From Lepidodermella squamata (lineage: Eukaryota > Animalia > Gastrotricha): a stretch of DNA of 64,000 bases. A model generated the notes under the pieces. It did not search any database. It saw nothing but the letters and a program-made list of their open reading frames with translations, and was not told the DNA's origin. The translations under genes were made by a program, and so were the position numbers. The stretch is from the NCBI GenBank assembly GCA_047495785.1, contig JBLDXI010000017.1, positions 1,674,001 to 1,738,000 of the forward strand. The letters are read 5' to 3'. Shown here one piece after another: positions 1 to 13,500 of the stretch (its first letter is position 1; each line of letters starts with the position of its first letter).

Positions 1-1828
1 ACGGTGAACTCGCTGTTTTCTTGTCCAAGTGGCACTCAGATCGGAATCTATCGATGTAGGACGGATCAGAGGAAATTTCCGACGAAACGCTTCTCGGAAA
101 TACGAGAGATGAACAACGATCTGTTTCGAGTAACTGATGGCTGGTCGGCTCTGACGGGGCGGTGGGAGATAGAAATTTAGCCGCCGCGTCGGAAGAATGT
201 CTCAGCAAGTGCGGCTGACTCAACGCTAGATTTGGTCTCGAAATCGCCGGGACGGTCCATTCACTCCGGTTGATGCTGTGTTGACTGCTGAAATAGCACG
301 TGGTCGATTGTTCCATGGCGGCCGGGGTTGAAATCAACGGCCTAGACGCTGCGAGTCGCTTCTTATGCGGCAAATTCATCGCACTTACGCAATTCGTTCG
401 AGATATTGGTTGCATTGCCGTTGGTTGACGCAAGACCGGCGTCGATTGGGCCAGAATTGACCCGTAAATCAGTGGGAACGTCGATTCTTCACCGCTGGAT
501 CTCAAACTGAATGCATCTATATCTGGATTAGTCATCGTGCCGTCGAGTCTCGCGAAAATATTTGCCTCTGATGCGAATGGAAAGTATGGGTTAATACTAC
601 CCTGCATTGCGCTATTTATGTCTCGTCGCATCCCAGGGGACCGAACGCGACTCAAGTCCTCAGACGATCGGGCAAATAAATCGCTTATCGCCTCAGATAA
701 TTTAGCACTCTCGCCGTCGAATTGCAACAACGAGCGAGGGACGTGTACTAAAGGCTGAAATTTTAAGGAGGACCTCTGCCAGTGTTTCCCGTGATTCCGC
801 TGCGAAAGAGCCGATTCACAGGCTCGAGTTGCACCTTCCGGAGAACTAAGCGCTAACAACAACGTGCGTCTTTTCACATTTGGATGGAATTCGATTTGCA
901 ACAATTCTGCTTTAGAAGCAATTTTCGTGACCATGTTCCATTCAATGATATGATTCGAGGAAATTTTCGAGCGTTCTACTATAACGCCTGAGCAAGAGAA
1001 ACTGACTAGGTAGGGCAGTTGGCTGGTCAGTGAGGTACCGGCGAATCTCTCAACTCCGTAACGAGGAAGCAATTGGCATTGTTGGATAAATCGGAGTTTG
1101 GTCTGATCAACGGTTAGACTGGAAATAACTTTGAGCGCAATTTGGACATATGGAACCAGGACTTTGACAGAAATGACTTGTTTCGGAAGGACGGCGGCCA
1201 GTTTTCTCTCAAATTCAATGCCCGGCATGGCATGGGATATTAAAGTCAAAGAACCAACTAATTGAAAATGCGTCGTTACTAGGAATTTTCAATAATTGAA
1301 AAAATTTACCGTGTAATAGATATGAAGACAGTGAAACGACCTCAGCAGCAGAACGAGTCAATTTTCCCTCGGTGAAATCGCATTTCAACTGGTAGTACAT
1401 GAAATTGCGGAATACGTCATGGTCAAGCAGGGCGTCAGGAGCACCATAAAATCTTATTCTCAGCAGAATAGTAAAAAGACGCTTTTCGCCAGGTCGCTTG
1501 GACGGGGCCGTTGTGGCACTCAGTTGCTCGTAAATGCTTCTTCGGTCATCTATCCAACATCTCTCGCCGAATAACTCGTATTGGAGTCCAAAATATATAA
1601 TCTAAAGGTTACGAAGTGAAAACAATCGGCGAAACTATCTGGAAAGCCTACCGCTTCATCTGGAATTCCCATACTGCGCAACGCTTGCCTGATGCATTGA
1701 TTACCGGTAGTTTCAGCGCTTATTTTGAATTCGAAGCCACCGCGGTAAAGAGAACGGATTCGAATAATGCAGTCATTTTTCCTAGTGCATAGGCACTTGT
1801 CTTTCGGGCAGCCAGTCGAACAAGGCAT
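1..1828 (-). CDS. FERM-domain protein, spliced, 3' end beyond the window
   Basis: Exons give LGLQY...LRIRFY...YYQLKCDFTEGKL...KLRFIQQCQLLPRYGVERF (FERM N/M/C lobe motifs), then a long Ser/Pro-rich frame open to base 1. ATG at 1828. Confidence 0.8.
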
Positions 1829-2095
1829 GTTGCTAAACCACTTGAGCTTCAAATTGTTCTCACTACATTTTTTAAATGCGACCTAAAAAAAGCAAAGCAA
1901 TTCATATCAACGTTTAACTTCTTGAAGCAAATCGAGATCAAGCACTTTTTCGTAAAAATATTAATAAAACTGAGATGGCATTCCAACAATAAATCTCTGA
2001 GAACAGACAGCATTTACACTCATAAACTTGACTAGTACAAAACTTGAAAGAAACCAATGACATGAGATCATAATTTAAAAAATTAATTGCACTGA

Positions 2096-2846
2096 TCAAT
2101 TTGACGATCCCCAAAAGGAATCTGAAACAAATAAAAAGGCGGCAAACAATACAAGAATATTGACTGACATCAGTTGAACACTAATTGCAACGCTAGTGAC
2201 TACCATGGTAGAGTCAAAATAGAAACACGCCTCGCCAATCCGATTAGCCACTTTGAGCCTCTGACTTTCGCAAAAGTGCCTGCCATCAGGATACAACTGT
2301 TGCACCTTGGAACCTTTCATGATAGCAGTGGCACAGGCAGAGTAAATCTATTGAAAAATTCATTTACACAGGACAACCAATAGTTGTTAAATGAATTACC
2401 TTGTCACAAAATTCGTTGCATACATGGAGCCATCCTATAGCTTGGAAGAATTTGTTTTGATTAGGCGCACATACATGGCAAATAAGATAATTAATGTAAG
2501 TCTGACACTCCTTCGAGGATCCTTGAAGGGGCTTTATTTTCCTGCAAATTTTCAATAATAATGAAATATTAAGAGCAAGTAACTCAAGTCTTTGCAACTT
2601 ACGAGAACAAGTTATCGATTTCTTCCTGTAAGCAACAGCTATTTTGCCGATACCAGGTGCAGTTTTTCAAGAAAGGTTGAGGGCGAGGAGCACGATTAGC
2701 TATAGTTCATTCAATGCAAAATGGCACAGGCTTGAATTTGTAATATACTTACCAAAAAATGAGCAATAATGTTCTTCTGAAACATTCTGGCATACAACAA
2801 TCGAAGCCGAGACACAGATCAAAAATGTATAAACCAAAAAAAGCAT
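2096..2846 (-). CDS. Folate receptor / riboflavin-binding family protein, secreted, probably GPI- or TM-anchored
   Basis: Signal peptide MLFLVYTFLICVSASIVVC; Cys-rich NCTWYRQNSCC...CHVCAPNQ...VCNEFCD...YSAC; hydrophobic C-terminus; short introns. Confidence 0.8.
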
Positions 2847-3642
2847 CCTAGGGCTCTAAAGGAAAATTACAAGTTATATTCAGCTAGGAAAGTCAACTTT
2901 GTGACTACCAGTTGGCACATTTCCTAAATCGTAAATGGGTCCAGCATTCAGCACTCCAGTAAACCTGACTTTAAGAAGAGCCGAAAACAAAGCGAACGCT
3001 TTCGCATACCTGGCCTAAGTTCGGTTAGTAGTTAGGTAGTTAGATAGTTAGTACCTGGCTCCAACCTCGGTTTTCGGAGGGTCGGGACAATAACAAAATC
3101 TACCGGCGGCAAAAAGAAAAAAAATCGGATCCGCGGGTCCAGGGAAAATGGCATTGACACCTTTAAAATTTTGATATTTATTGATGGCTTTCTTAACAAA
3201 AATAAAACTATCGGCATGAATTCTAACTGAAAATTTAAAAATTTAAAAATGATTTCGCGCCAAACTTCATTTTTTCCGGTATTTTGTTAAACCTCGGAGA
3301 CATTTTCGTAAACAACCCCCGGTCACCGGTTCCAAGTTGCTGTAAAAACACAAACAAACAGGTACATACACACGGGACGGGAGACGGCGTTATGCATCTC
3401 ACCCGTTATCTTCTGTCAATAAGCATTTTCAGCCAACGTCTGTTGCCTGGCGTCTGATGTTCGTCCGGTTATTCAATATTGAAGTCTGGAATCCGTAGCC
3501 ATAAGTTGTTGATGACCTTTGAGTTGACTTTCTTAGCAGTGCTCATCGCCTTCAATACACTCCGCCATCCCATTTTTATAGTTCTTGCATTCAATTTTTC
3601 TTATTGACTTCGCCTTTTTTCTCTTAGGCGTCTAATTTTAAA

Positions 3643-4585
3643 ATGAAGGCCGTAGCGGATGTTGTTTCATTCATAGCGACCGTGGTTACTCTATGCACTA
3701 ACATTACCACCATGTAAGTGAAACGTTCATCTGACGTATCATTTAAAAGATTTTATGATTTTCCAGGTATGCCATGCGGTTGATATGGCTTCAGAAGAAT
3801 ACCACCAACTTCCTGCTGTTGCCATATTTGGTTATGTTTATGTCGTAAGTTGCCTGAGAAGCCTGATTTTCGTCATTAGTAGATCAATTTTCATCATGTG
3901 ATTGCTTACAGAGCTGTGCTTTGGGCTGTATATGGCGCGATGACACAAACTTTCTCCGTCGAATTCGTTTCACTTGTAAACTTGGTGTTCAATTTAATGT
4001 ATTTGGTGCTTTACGTCCGGTTTTCACAAAATAAGGTATGTTTTAAATTGAATGTGGATTCCCAACATGATTCGTTTAATCTCAGACTCAGCCTGCTTAT
4101 CAAATTTTGGCTGCCGGACTTGGCTTGATTATATTTCTAATATATTTCCGGGCGTCGGTTGTTACTGATGCAACTGCTGCGATAAATGAGTTGGGTCTTG
4201 TATGCGACGCAGTCACTATTGTTCAATTTTTCTCTCCACTTGCTGCTCTGGTAAAACATGACAATAGCCTTAGAAATCCTAGTCAAATTCCATGTTTATA
4301 TTTAGGGTGATGTCATCAGAACTAAATCTTCGGAGACCATTCCACTGTCTTTAGTTTCTGTTAATTTCGCTGTCTCTGGGCTTTGGTGGTTTTACGGCTA
4401 TCTGCTGGAGGATTATTACATCATCGTGAGTTTAATTCTAAAAATTGATAAATCGTTTACTGAGAAATGACATTTAGTTTCCCAATATGATTGGATGCTT
4501 CTTCGCGTTCGTGCAATTGACCCTCTGCTTCATGTACCCGCGCCGATCAACTCAAACCGTCGGTCATCTTTCGAGCCAAGCTTGA
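3643..4585 (+). CDS. SLC50A1: SWEET (MtN3/saliva) sugar transporter
   Basis: Two MtN3 repeats: LLPYL...LWAVYG and FFSPLAAL...VIRTKSSETIPLSL...LWWFYGYL...PNMIG; stop TGA at 4583-4585. Confidence 0.88.
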
Positions 4586-4873
4586 ATATTGGCAGATTCG
4601 TTGTGAAATTTTCAATGCAATTTGTTAGTTCTGATAAACGTTGTTCTTGGACCAACTTGAAAGAGCTGTTGCGACTTGTGAGGGGCGTTCACTTTCAGAA
4701 AGAAGCGTGCGCCTTATTTATGCGTATTTATCTATTCGACTGGTTGAATTTAGCTGAGCTTGATATTTTCTAACGGTAATCCAGTTATATCGTATCTTTG
4801 GACTATAAAATGTGGTTTTGGTCTATAATACCTAATCTTATGCCTCTTTCATTCTAGAATAATTACGTTTTTG

Positions 4874-6736
4874 ATGACGCTCAATTCCGAATCGGTAACT
4901 TACGAAATCGGCGATCGAGTCGTCTGTGATGAATCATTAGGTACTGTGAAATACGTAGGCGAAGTTGATGGCCAGCAAGGTATTTGGATCGGTGTCGAGT
5001 GGGATGAAGTAAGTCGCGGTAAACATGACGGAAGTGTTGCCGGCAAGCGTTATTTCGAGACTAAGTAAGCCTTCAATTTGTATAAAAATACATGACAATG
5101 AGAGCTTTGCCAGGCATCCTACCTCAGCTTCATTCGTCAGGCCTAAAAAATTGGACGCTGGTCGAGATTTCATTCAAGCCGTTGAAGATAAATACGGGCC
5201 ATATTGCCCAAATAACGAAGATGATGAGGAAAATTCGTCAGCCCCTTCTCACGAGCTGTTGGTCCTGAATATGAAATCGAACAAAGCAATCGCCGTTGAC
5301 TTTGTTGGTGGTGATCGAGTTATCAAAGTTACTAATGATTGGTCTTCTCTATCTCGCCTGGCTTTGGATCGCCATAGAGTGAATGGCATCGACCTAGCTT
5401 CGAACGACCCACAAAAGCTAGCTGCATTTCCTAACACAACTCACCTGCTGTTACGAGCCAATCTAATTTCGAACTGGCGCCAAATCGCTGATATTTGCTC
5501 TGTCCTTCCTGGCTTGACGAATTTAGATGTGAGCGAGAATCGAATCAAATCACCTGATGAAGAAACACTGAAATACCATCGAAATTCATCCCTATCTGAG
5601 GTTGCTGCTCTTGTTATGCACCGTCTTCAATACTCATGGGAAGACGTTTTAGCCGTCCTGTCGCTATTTCCCAGCGTCCGATCTCTCGGCCTTTCCTTTA
5701 ATTCTATTTCTTCGATAAATATACCGGTTGATAGTCTTGGCTATCGAGTTTTATCAAATGTAACGTTACTCGACCTTGTCGGAAATCCGATCAGCTCTTG
5801 GGACGACGTTTTAAAATTTGGATTTATGGAAAAGTAAGTGATTGCCATATTTTGCTCTTTACTTATTTCATATTTTTTCCCGCAGTTTATACGAGTTACA
5901 CCTTGACGAGTGCGGATTGACAGACATTTACTTCCCGGATGCAAAAGCGACAGAGGACACGAATTTGTTTCCTTTCCTGGATCATTTGACAATAGATTTC
6001 AATAAAATTGAAAACTGGAGGTCAATAGGCGAACTGGGAAAATTGCCATCTTTACGCGAAATTCGACTAAGGCACAACCCTGTGTATCGTTTGAATGATA
6101 TAACGAAAGAAACTGCTCGACAATGGGCAATAGCTCGACTTTTCAAAGTCAAACACTTGAACGGATCGCCGATTAGCCATGAGGAGAGACGGGGAGCCGA
6201 GGTCGATTATATTTCTCATTTCGCGAAAGCGTGGATTGAAGCATCGAAGGCTGACAAATTAGACGATTTTATCAATGAACATCCGACCTTTGAACGATTA
6301 ATCGACAAGTATAATCTTAGGAAAGAACTGCTGACTGAACAGACGAAAACTGAGACATCTTTATTTATTGGTACGATTTTCATGGCGGTTTTTTTAATTG
6401 CAAATTAATTTCTGCTGAATTTCAGAAATTGGTTTTGTTACATTTGGCTCTACTGATAAGCCAATAATGCAGCGAGTGTCTGTGAATGTTGCTATAGCTA
6501 AATTGAAAATACTCGCGAAGCGTGTTTTAAAGCTGACCAAACCGCCGAGTGCTTTGACGCTGTCGTATCAAAGTCTTAAGGTTTGTTGAATATAAGAGTA
6601 ATGTAGATGAATAATTGCTTAGCCGATGATGTTTTAGAACCCGAAGCTGCTCGTCCCGCTGGATAGAGACTCAAAAGAGCTGTCTTTCTTTTCAATCGAA
6701 AACGGCGATACTGTGGTTGTTCAATTCTGTGGTTGA
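4874..6736 (+). CDS. TBCE: Tubulin-specific chaperone E (CAP-Gly, LRR, UBL)
   Basis: CAP-Gly GTVKYVG...WIGVEWD...RGKHDG, LRRs, ERRGAEVDY motif, C-terminal ubiquitin-like ...[14 protein letters not shown]. Confidence 0.93.
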
Positions 6737-7689
6737 AAACACCTAGCTGCTGCTGCTTTCTCAAAGCCTAAAAAGCTGATGTCTTTATCGTGATCATTGA
6801 AATACCGCGTAGAGAATTCATAGCCTGCACCTAAATGATAAGGGTATATTGTTGTCGTCTGTGATACATTGCCTAGTCACCTTTAAAATAAATGCATGCC
6901 TAAAGATATGTTATTATAGGCAATTCACATTTCGTTCGTTCTGTGCTCAGCGAAATGCATTACGAGACTATGGCTATGATTGTAATTACAACTGCGTGAA
7001 TACTAATAAATCTCATTGCTTCTAATCTATACACAGAGTAGAAGAACAGATGGCTGAAGCTCTTACGCACAGCCTGCTGCCGCTCCTCGACATTAGGTTT
7101 TTAGGTTTCAATATTCAACGACAGCAGCGAGCGACGCAAAAGAGAGGACTTTTCTTCCCTTCCTACATTAGTTCGGTACTGCTGTGCGATAATTCCGTCT
7201 AGCAGCTCGCATAGTAATGTTGTGTTAGCTCAAAAAGTTTTCTCTCGAGTCAAAGATATGAGATTGATTTATCGTCATCATAATCATCATCGCCATCAAT
7301 GTTGTTTGTACGGCAAATATGTGCATAGATTTCATGTTTCATTTGCTAAGGATAAATTACACGATTGAGCCTGCCCTTTGGCTTGGTTCTTTGGTTCGTT
7401 TTTCAATAATAATCAATGCTAACGGCAATGTGCATATTTAGTTTATTATTTCTCCTCCGTCTTGACTATTATATGATGTGAAGTAAGTATATATGGCTTG
7501 GCTTTTTTCGTTTTTTTTCTCTCTCTCGCTCTTACTCCACCGCAGCCTATTGACAAAGCTTACTTCTTAGGGTTTTTACGAACTTGTTAGCGCTTAGTTC
7601 TCGATTTTATTTATTATTAGTATTGCCAGCTATATTAAGCCTCTACCGTTTTTGAGTTGATAATCATCGCTAAAATAAGGAGTGGAGTA

Positions 7690-7713
7690 GATGATGATGA
7701 TGATGATGATGAT
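7690..7713. repeat. (GAT)8 microsatellite
   Basis: Read directly from the sequence. Confidence 0.9.
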
Positions 7714-8625
7714 AACTAATCAATATACTTACTCTTCGGCCGGCGTACTACTACTGCGATATTTTAATTCACGTGCGGCTCCGTTTTGCATTTACTTTGC
7801 TGCATTTGGCTCTATTGTATACACATGCAGTAGAAGCAGCAAGCAGTCAGAAGACTGAGCGGGCCTCTTAAGTTGCCATCTTTGTTAGATTCTTCTTCTT
7901 CTTCTACCCCTCATTTCGATTCATCCGCCTTTAGTTCTTTGCGCGATAGCGAGCGAGCGCGCGTCCTTTTACGAACAATGTTCGCGCTCTACAACAAACG
8001 ATATAATAGTAAATGAATGTTGAATGCATCTATCATTTCGCTGTATCTATTTACATTTGTGATGTTCAAGTCGACTCAAAAACTGAAGAATAGAGGCTGA
8101 ATTTTAGCCTCTCGCTCGCTCGCTCCTCATATCTTATGCGCGTCTTATGGGAGTTTTGGTTCTGCCTTTTTTCAATGCGTGTATGTGCGCGCGCGCAGCA
8201 GTTATTCGCTTCGTTGGCCTTAGTCTTCTTCTTCTTCTTCGTCCTTGGTTGACGTGCTTCATTTATGCTGCTCACATTATCATCTCTCAGCCCCTTAGCA
8301 TCTGTTCTGAATAGCAAGTCACGAAATCGCTATTACATTATTTTCGTCTCTTTTGACAATTCCCTCAAGCCTTTGATTTTTCACAACACGCTGTGATTAC
8401 TTTATTATTACTATTATTCTATTACATTGTCTTACCACTATTATTATTATTATTACAATAATTTTTGATTATTTCGGACGAGACAATTTTCCCTTTGCTT
8501 CACCCCATTTAGGGCTGTGTATTATATAGATATTGACAAAGACTCGATCGTTTTGTTGAGTTATTGTTGTCGCTTCGATCGTTTTATTTTTTCCTTGTTG
8601 GATTTTTGTTTGCGGCGGCGTTCTT

Positions 8626-10312
8626 ATGAAAGAACAACACAAGACCTCATCGGCGAAGAACAACGGCGGCAAAGATTCGTCAGTTCCCGGCCAGTTTGAA
8701 GTCACTATCGGCCAGAAAGTTGAGGCGCTTGACATTTGCAACATATGGCGCATCGGCGAGGTTCGCTTGTTGGACGCGTGGGATAAAACCGTCTACGTTC
8801 ATTTCGATGGAAGCGATGATATGGCGAGCGATGAATGGTTCGAACTCGGCAGCGGGCGACTTCGGCCGTTCAAAAAAGTTGACACGTCTACGTCATTCAA
8901 AATCCCGAAAGCCGACCGAGCCAAACAAATGGCGCTGGCTTCGTCAATTTCTCAGGTTGTTTTTTCGCCGTCGGCTTTGTCATTTCATGAGTTCTTTACA
9001 TGTGCTTTAGGACGATTCGGAGAAGCCCGCTAACAGTGGACTAAAGCTAATGGCTAAGGAGCGCAAAATCTCTCAAGTAAATTTGATCATTTCCCCCGGA
9101 AGCTATTAAAATCGATCGCTACTACTACTACTACTATTGCATAGACTATCCATAATGTGTGTGCTTATGTATGTGTGTGTATTTTCAGTTCAAAAGAGGA
9201 ACATGCGTCGTTGCGACTTGGGTCGATGGTTTGTCCTACCCGGCCGTCATCGTTCGCGTTCTCAGCGAACAGTCGTTTCTCGTCGAATTCGTCGATGGCC
9301 ATCGCTGGGCCCTCGGCTCGCACTGTTTCACGCGAATTTTGACGAAAACTGAATACGAGCGATGTAAGAAAAACATTTTAAGGTGGAATTTTTATCAAGA
9401 TTTTTTGTAGTGATCGAAAACCCGCAAGATGCCGGTGAAATTTTGGGGCCTAAGCCGAGCAATCGTGTTGTGATGTCGCCTACGGAAGTTGCCCCGCCGC
9501 CTAGGAAGCGTTTCCGTTTAGCTTCACCAGCTCCAGAGCCTGCGCCCCCACCATCTTCTGGTCGCAAAGTTGGCCGGCCATCGCTGTCAGCTCAAAAGGA
9601 GAATTCAACGCCGGCGAATAAAAGCTCGAAATCTCAGACGAAAACGCCCGATACTAGCCGGCGGAAATCGGCAGCTCCTGTCCTCGGAGGATCAGCCGGG
9701 ACGTTTAAGTCTAAAGCTTCAGTCCGATCAGTCTCACCCCTGGCTGAAAAGCTGCTGGATTCTGCGACTAGATCAGGCCGGAGATCAACTCGCCGTTCCG
9801 AAACTGAGCCTGAAAAAATCGAGGATGCGATAACTGTGTCGGAAAGCAGTTCTAGCGAGGGGGTTATGACTAAGGTTGAGGAGCCAGTGGTGCTGACTAG
9901 AGTTGAAGAGCCTGAATCCAGTAACCGGCGACTTTCATCCCGAAATCGCCGCCCTTCAGTTTTGCTGCAAGACTTCGCCGTTTCTACCCCGAATGACAAG
10001 TCGAAGAAATCTAGTCGGAAAAGTAAGAAATCGGAAATCGAGGACGAGCCTGAGTCATCTGTTGCCGAAAAAATGTTAGCGATGATACCTAGCCGAGAAG
10101 ATCCGTCCGTCTCGCTGTTGGACCGTAAAAAGCGCCCGAGTTCGACGCAGCCCAGTGATGATGATACCAGCGAGACTGCTCAGAAAGTTCAGTTCGAAAA
10201 CGCTCATGTTGAAGCGACGCGGCCTAGCCGTAGTACGCGTCTCAGCGCGAGGCGTTCGATTTCGAAAGAAGACGACGTCTTCACTCAGAAGCCGCTTTCA
10301 GCCGAAAATTGA
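8626..10312 (+). CDS. Double-Tudor chromatin protein resembling the PHF20/MBD-R2 N-terminus, with a disordered basic Ser-rich tail
   Basis: Tudor1 IGQKVEALD...W...VYVHFDG...DEWF...LRP; Tudor2 FKRGTCVVATWVDGLSYPAVI...FLVEFVDG; AT-hook-like VGRPS; stop at 10312. Confidence 0.7.
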
Positions 10313-10587
10313 CTCTTAAAAATATGATGCTTTCTCATAATATTGATTTTGTTGATGCTTTTTTCTCAACGCCAAACCGGTTTTTTTTCAAAGTTGCACG
10401 CCTTTCGCAGATCTGACTTTGTTCTTTCTTTCTTTTCCATCGTAATTTTAATCTTTCTTGATTCTTTGTAAATATAATTGGAGGATAATTGCTCAAATTT
10501 TTCTGTGTTTTTTTTTAATATTAGGAATTTTTTTATTTTGAGGAGTAGCAAAAGTGTCGGGAATAAGGTCGCAGGTCGTTTTCTGCA

Positions 10588-13500
10588 ATGAGTAGCAGCA
10601 AGAGTGATGACGGCATGCCGGCCGCGATCGCTCAGTTGCAGCAGCTGCGAAAATCGAAGCCCGGCAAGGGTCCGCAACTGCCGTCAATGGTGGCGTTATC
10701 GCGGCGCGAGCGAACGGCCGAACTCGACCGATACATGGCAAATGCTGCGAACGGAACCGGCGACAAAGACGGCGGCTGGGCCGACCCTCTTCAACCGATG
10801 ACTGCCATGACCCCTCAAGCTACTGGCAATGGACCGCCTTTGAGTGATGAAAGTTCAAATCCAGCTAGGTATGCGAAGATTTTTAATTTACTATTAAATC
10901 ATATTTTATGGGTCTAATCACTAAAATTGAGAGACCAGGGCTAAATTTAAGCATTGTTTTTAAACAAAAAATTGACATTTAATGGAAAACAAAAATTTGG
11001 TGAAATTCAGTGAAATTAGTAATATTAGTTTCAAGCAATATTCGAAAATGTAATTTTTTTAAATTAAAATAATTTGTCAATTCAATTGAAAATTATTGTA
11101 GAATTAATTTTGAAAAAATTGAATATTCGACACCTCTTATTATTCCTTCTTTTGGACTGGTTGAAATTCTCCGAAAATAATTTTTAATATATTTTAATAT
11201 TTAATATTTTTTCCAGCTATTCTGCATCAAATTCGAATCAAGGCTCCTGTGATATGGAGAGTGCGAGCACTCAGTCAGGAAATGTGACCGAGCCCTGGAT
11301 GCTGTGTCCATCGGTTGGATCAAAAGCAAGTCATCGATGCCCGCATTGCAGCCAGTGTGCCTACTCGTCAAAAGGCGGTCTACGCCGCCACATCGAGAAA
11401 AAACACCCCGAAACTCTACCACCACCTGCGCCGAAATCCAGCGAAATGGAGAGTGCAGGCGTAACCGATCCGTGGAAGCTATGCCCGCCGGTTCCGGCTG
11501 AATTCAGCAAATTCGGTTGCTCGCTATGCCCTAGTGCCTATTCATCAAAAGAAGGCCTGGCGCGGCACGTTTCATCGAAGCACCCCGAGGCGTTACCAAT
11601 GCGGGTCGAACAACCATCGGAACCAGCGCCCTCAGCGACACCCAGCTTGCAATGCGATGTTTGCAAGAAATTTTTCTACCATCGATCCTCCTTAATGCGG
11701 CACTATTTGGAAATTCACGGTGAAGCCGGGCCGGCTGTAACTGACGTTATGCCACCTGGTGGTTTCCCGGCGAACCAGCCGTTATTTTCGAACCCTTCAG
11801 ATGCAATCGCGGCAGCTGCGGCGGCTATCCAGTACGGAATGTTACCCCCGCCCGGGCCGAACTTCATCCCTCCAAATGCATTCCAGCAACAATCATTTCA
11901 TCTTCCCGTAGTAGCACCAACTGTGACAACTTTTTCGAATTCAGCCGACACGCACCGATCCACGCCGTCGCCAATGCTAGAAATTGCCGAGGATGAGATG
12001 GAAGAGGAGAAATCCGATCCGGTTGAATGTCTATTTTGCGGGGTTAAATTTCGGAATCGCAACCCGGCGTTGATTTTCCACCAAATCGTCGCGCATAAAT
12101 TCAACGTGGACCAATTTTCGAGTGATCTAACACCGCCGGGTTACGTCAGCTGTCCCGACTGTTTACTGCCGCTGAATGCTCGAGATTCAGATTTTCCGCG
12201 GCATAAATGTTCCGGGCCGAAGTTGCCACGCACCGAAAAGCCGATGTTGTGTGATAAATGCGGCGATTGTGTTTACAACGAAGACGCGTATGTGGCGCAT
12301 CGCGAGCGGGAACACGGCCTTTTCGACTGCTTTAAGTGCCAAACTGTGCTCGAGTCTCGTGATGCAATCATGAAACACGAGTGCCCGAAACCGAACCCGG
12401 CCTTGAGTATCACGAGCCCGCCGCGATTGCTTCTCTGCCCGCTTTGCAAGGACCGATTTTCAGACAAGCCTAGCCTTGTAGATCACGTGACGTCATTCCA
12501 CCGAACAGACTATGCCTTATTCGATAAAAACGGGCCGTATTATCGCAGTGATAACGTGGAGCGGAAATCGGTTGATATCGCTAGTTCGGGTTCTTCCACC
12601 TTAACGGTGAATCACGCCAATTCAACATCAGCCTCACCCCAAAGTAACTCGTCTTCCCCGGAAAATGTTGTGCCATCACACGGTAAAGACTCAGACTCGG
12701 CTAATAACCTGAACAACTCGACAGAGGGCGATCAGAATTCGCCGAAGCGGAAACCCTTAGCTAACCGGGCATCTGCGGCGGATAAGTGGCGAAATGTGGA
12801 CGGGTTCAATTGCGCGCATTGCGGCGCGACGTTTTTGACCTCGCAAAGCCGCGCGCAACACGTTCGATGGCGGCATCCGGAAATTTTTGCCGCGATGACC
12901 AGCCCCGAGAAGAAAGAACACGGCTTAGTCAGCGAGGTCCTATCCGCCGATACTTTGGCGACGAGTGAAACTAGTGTTGTCTCAGGCTCGCCGCCGCCCT
13001 CAGCCCAGCAACAACAACGAGGGGCCATGAAGCAGAATGAAACTTTCGTCTGCCCAGTTTGCAGTAGTTCTTACATCTCGGCTAGGAGTCGAGCTCAGCA
13101 TATTCGCTGGTCTCACCCTGACGTTAACATGGCTGATTTTGCGGATAAAAACGACAATACCGAGCCGCCGTCTTCCAAGTTGTTGCGAAGCCCAGTCGCG
13201 AATAGCAGTGCCCCTTTGCCGAAGGACGATGCGGCCTTATTAGCGGATTTGAATGCTGGTTTCAAGGGCACTTGTGAGGTGTGTGGCGTTGCGCTGGTCA
13301 ACGCTCAGGGCCGGGCGCAGCATCTGCGGTACAAACACCCGGAAGCGTGGGCGCTGTTGCGGGCCAACATGTCGCCTAAAACCCTCAACACTTTCTCGGC
13401 AGCTGCTTCTTTTGACATTCCAGTGAGTATTTTGAGTTCAGTTTAAAAAATTAAGGTGGACTTTTTGTATCGTACCTTGGGACAAAACCGTTTTGTTCGA

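Noticed and set aside
6900-8620. ORFs and simple repeats upstream of the Tudor gene
   Set aside because: Low-complexity UTR or intron-like sequence with no coding signal.
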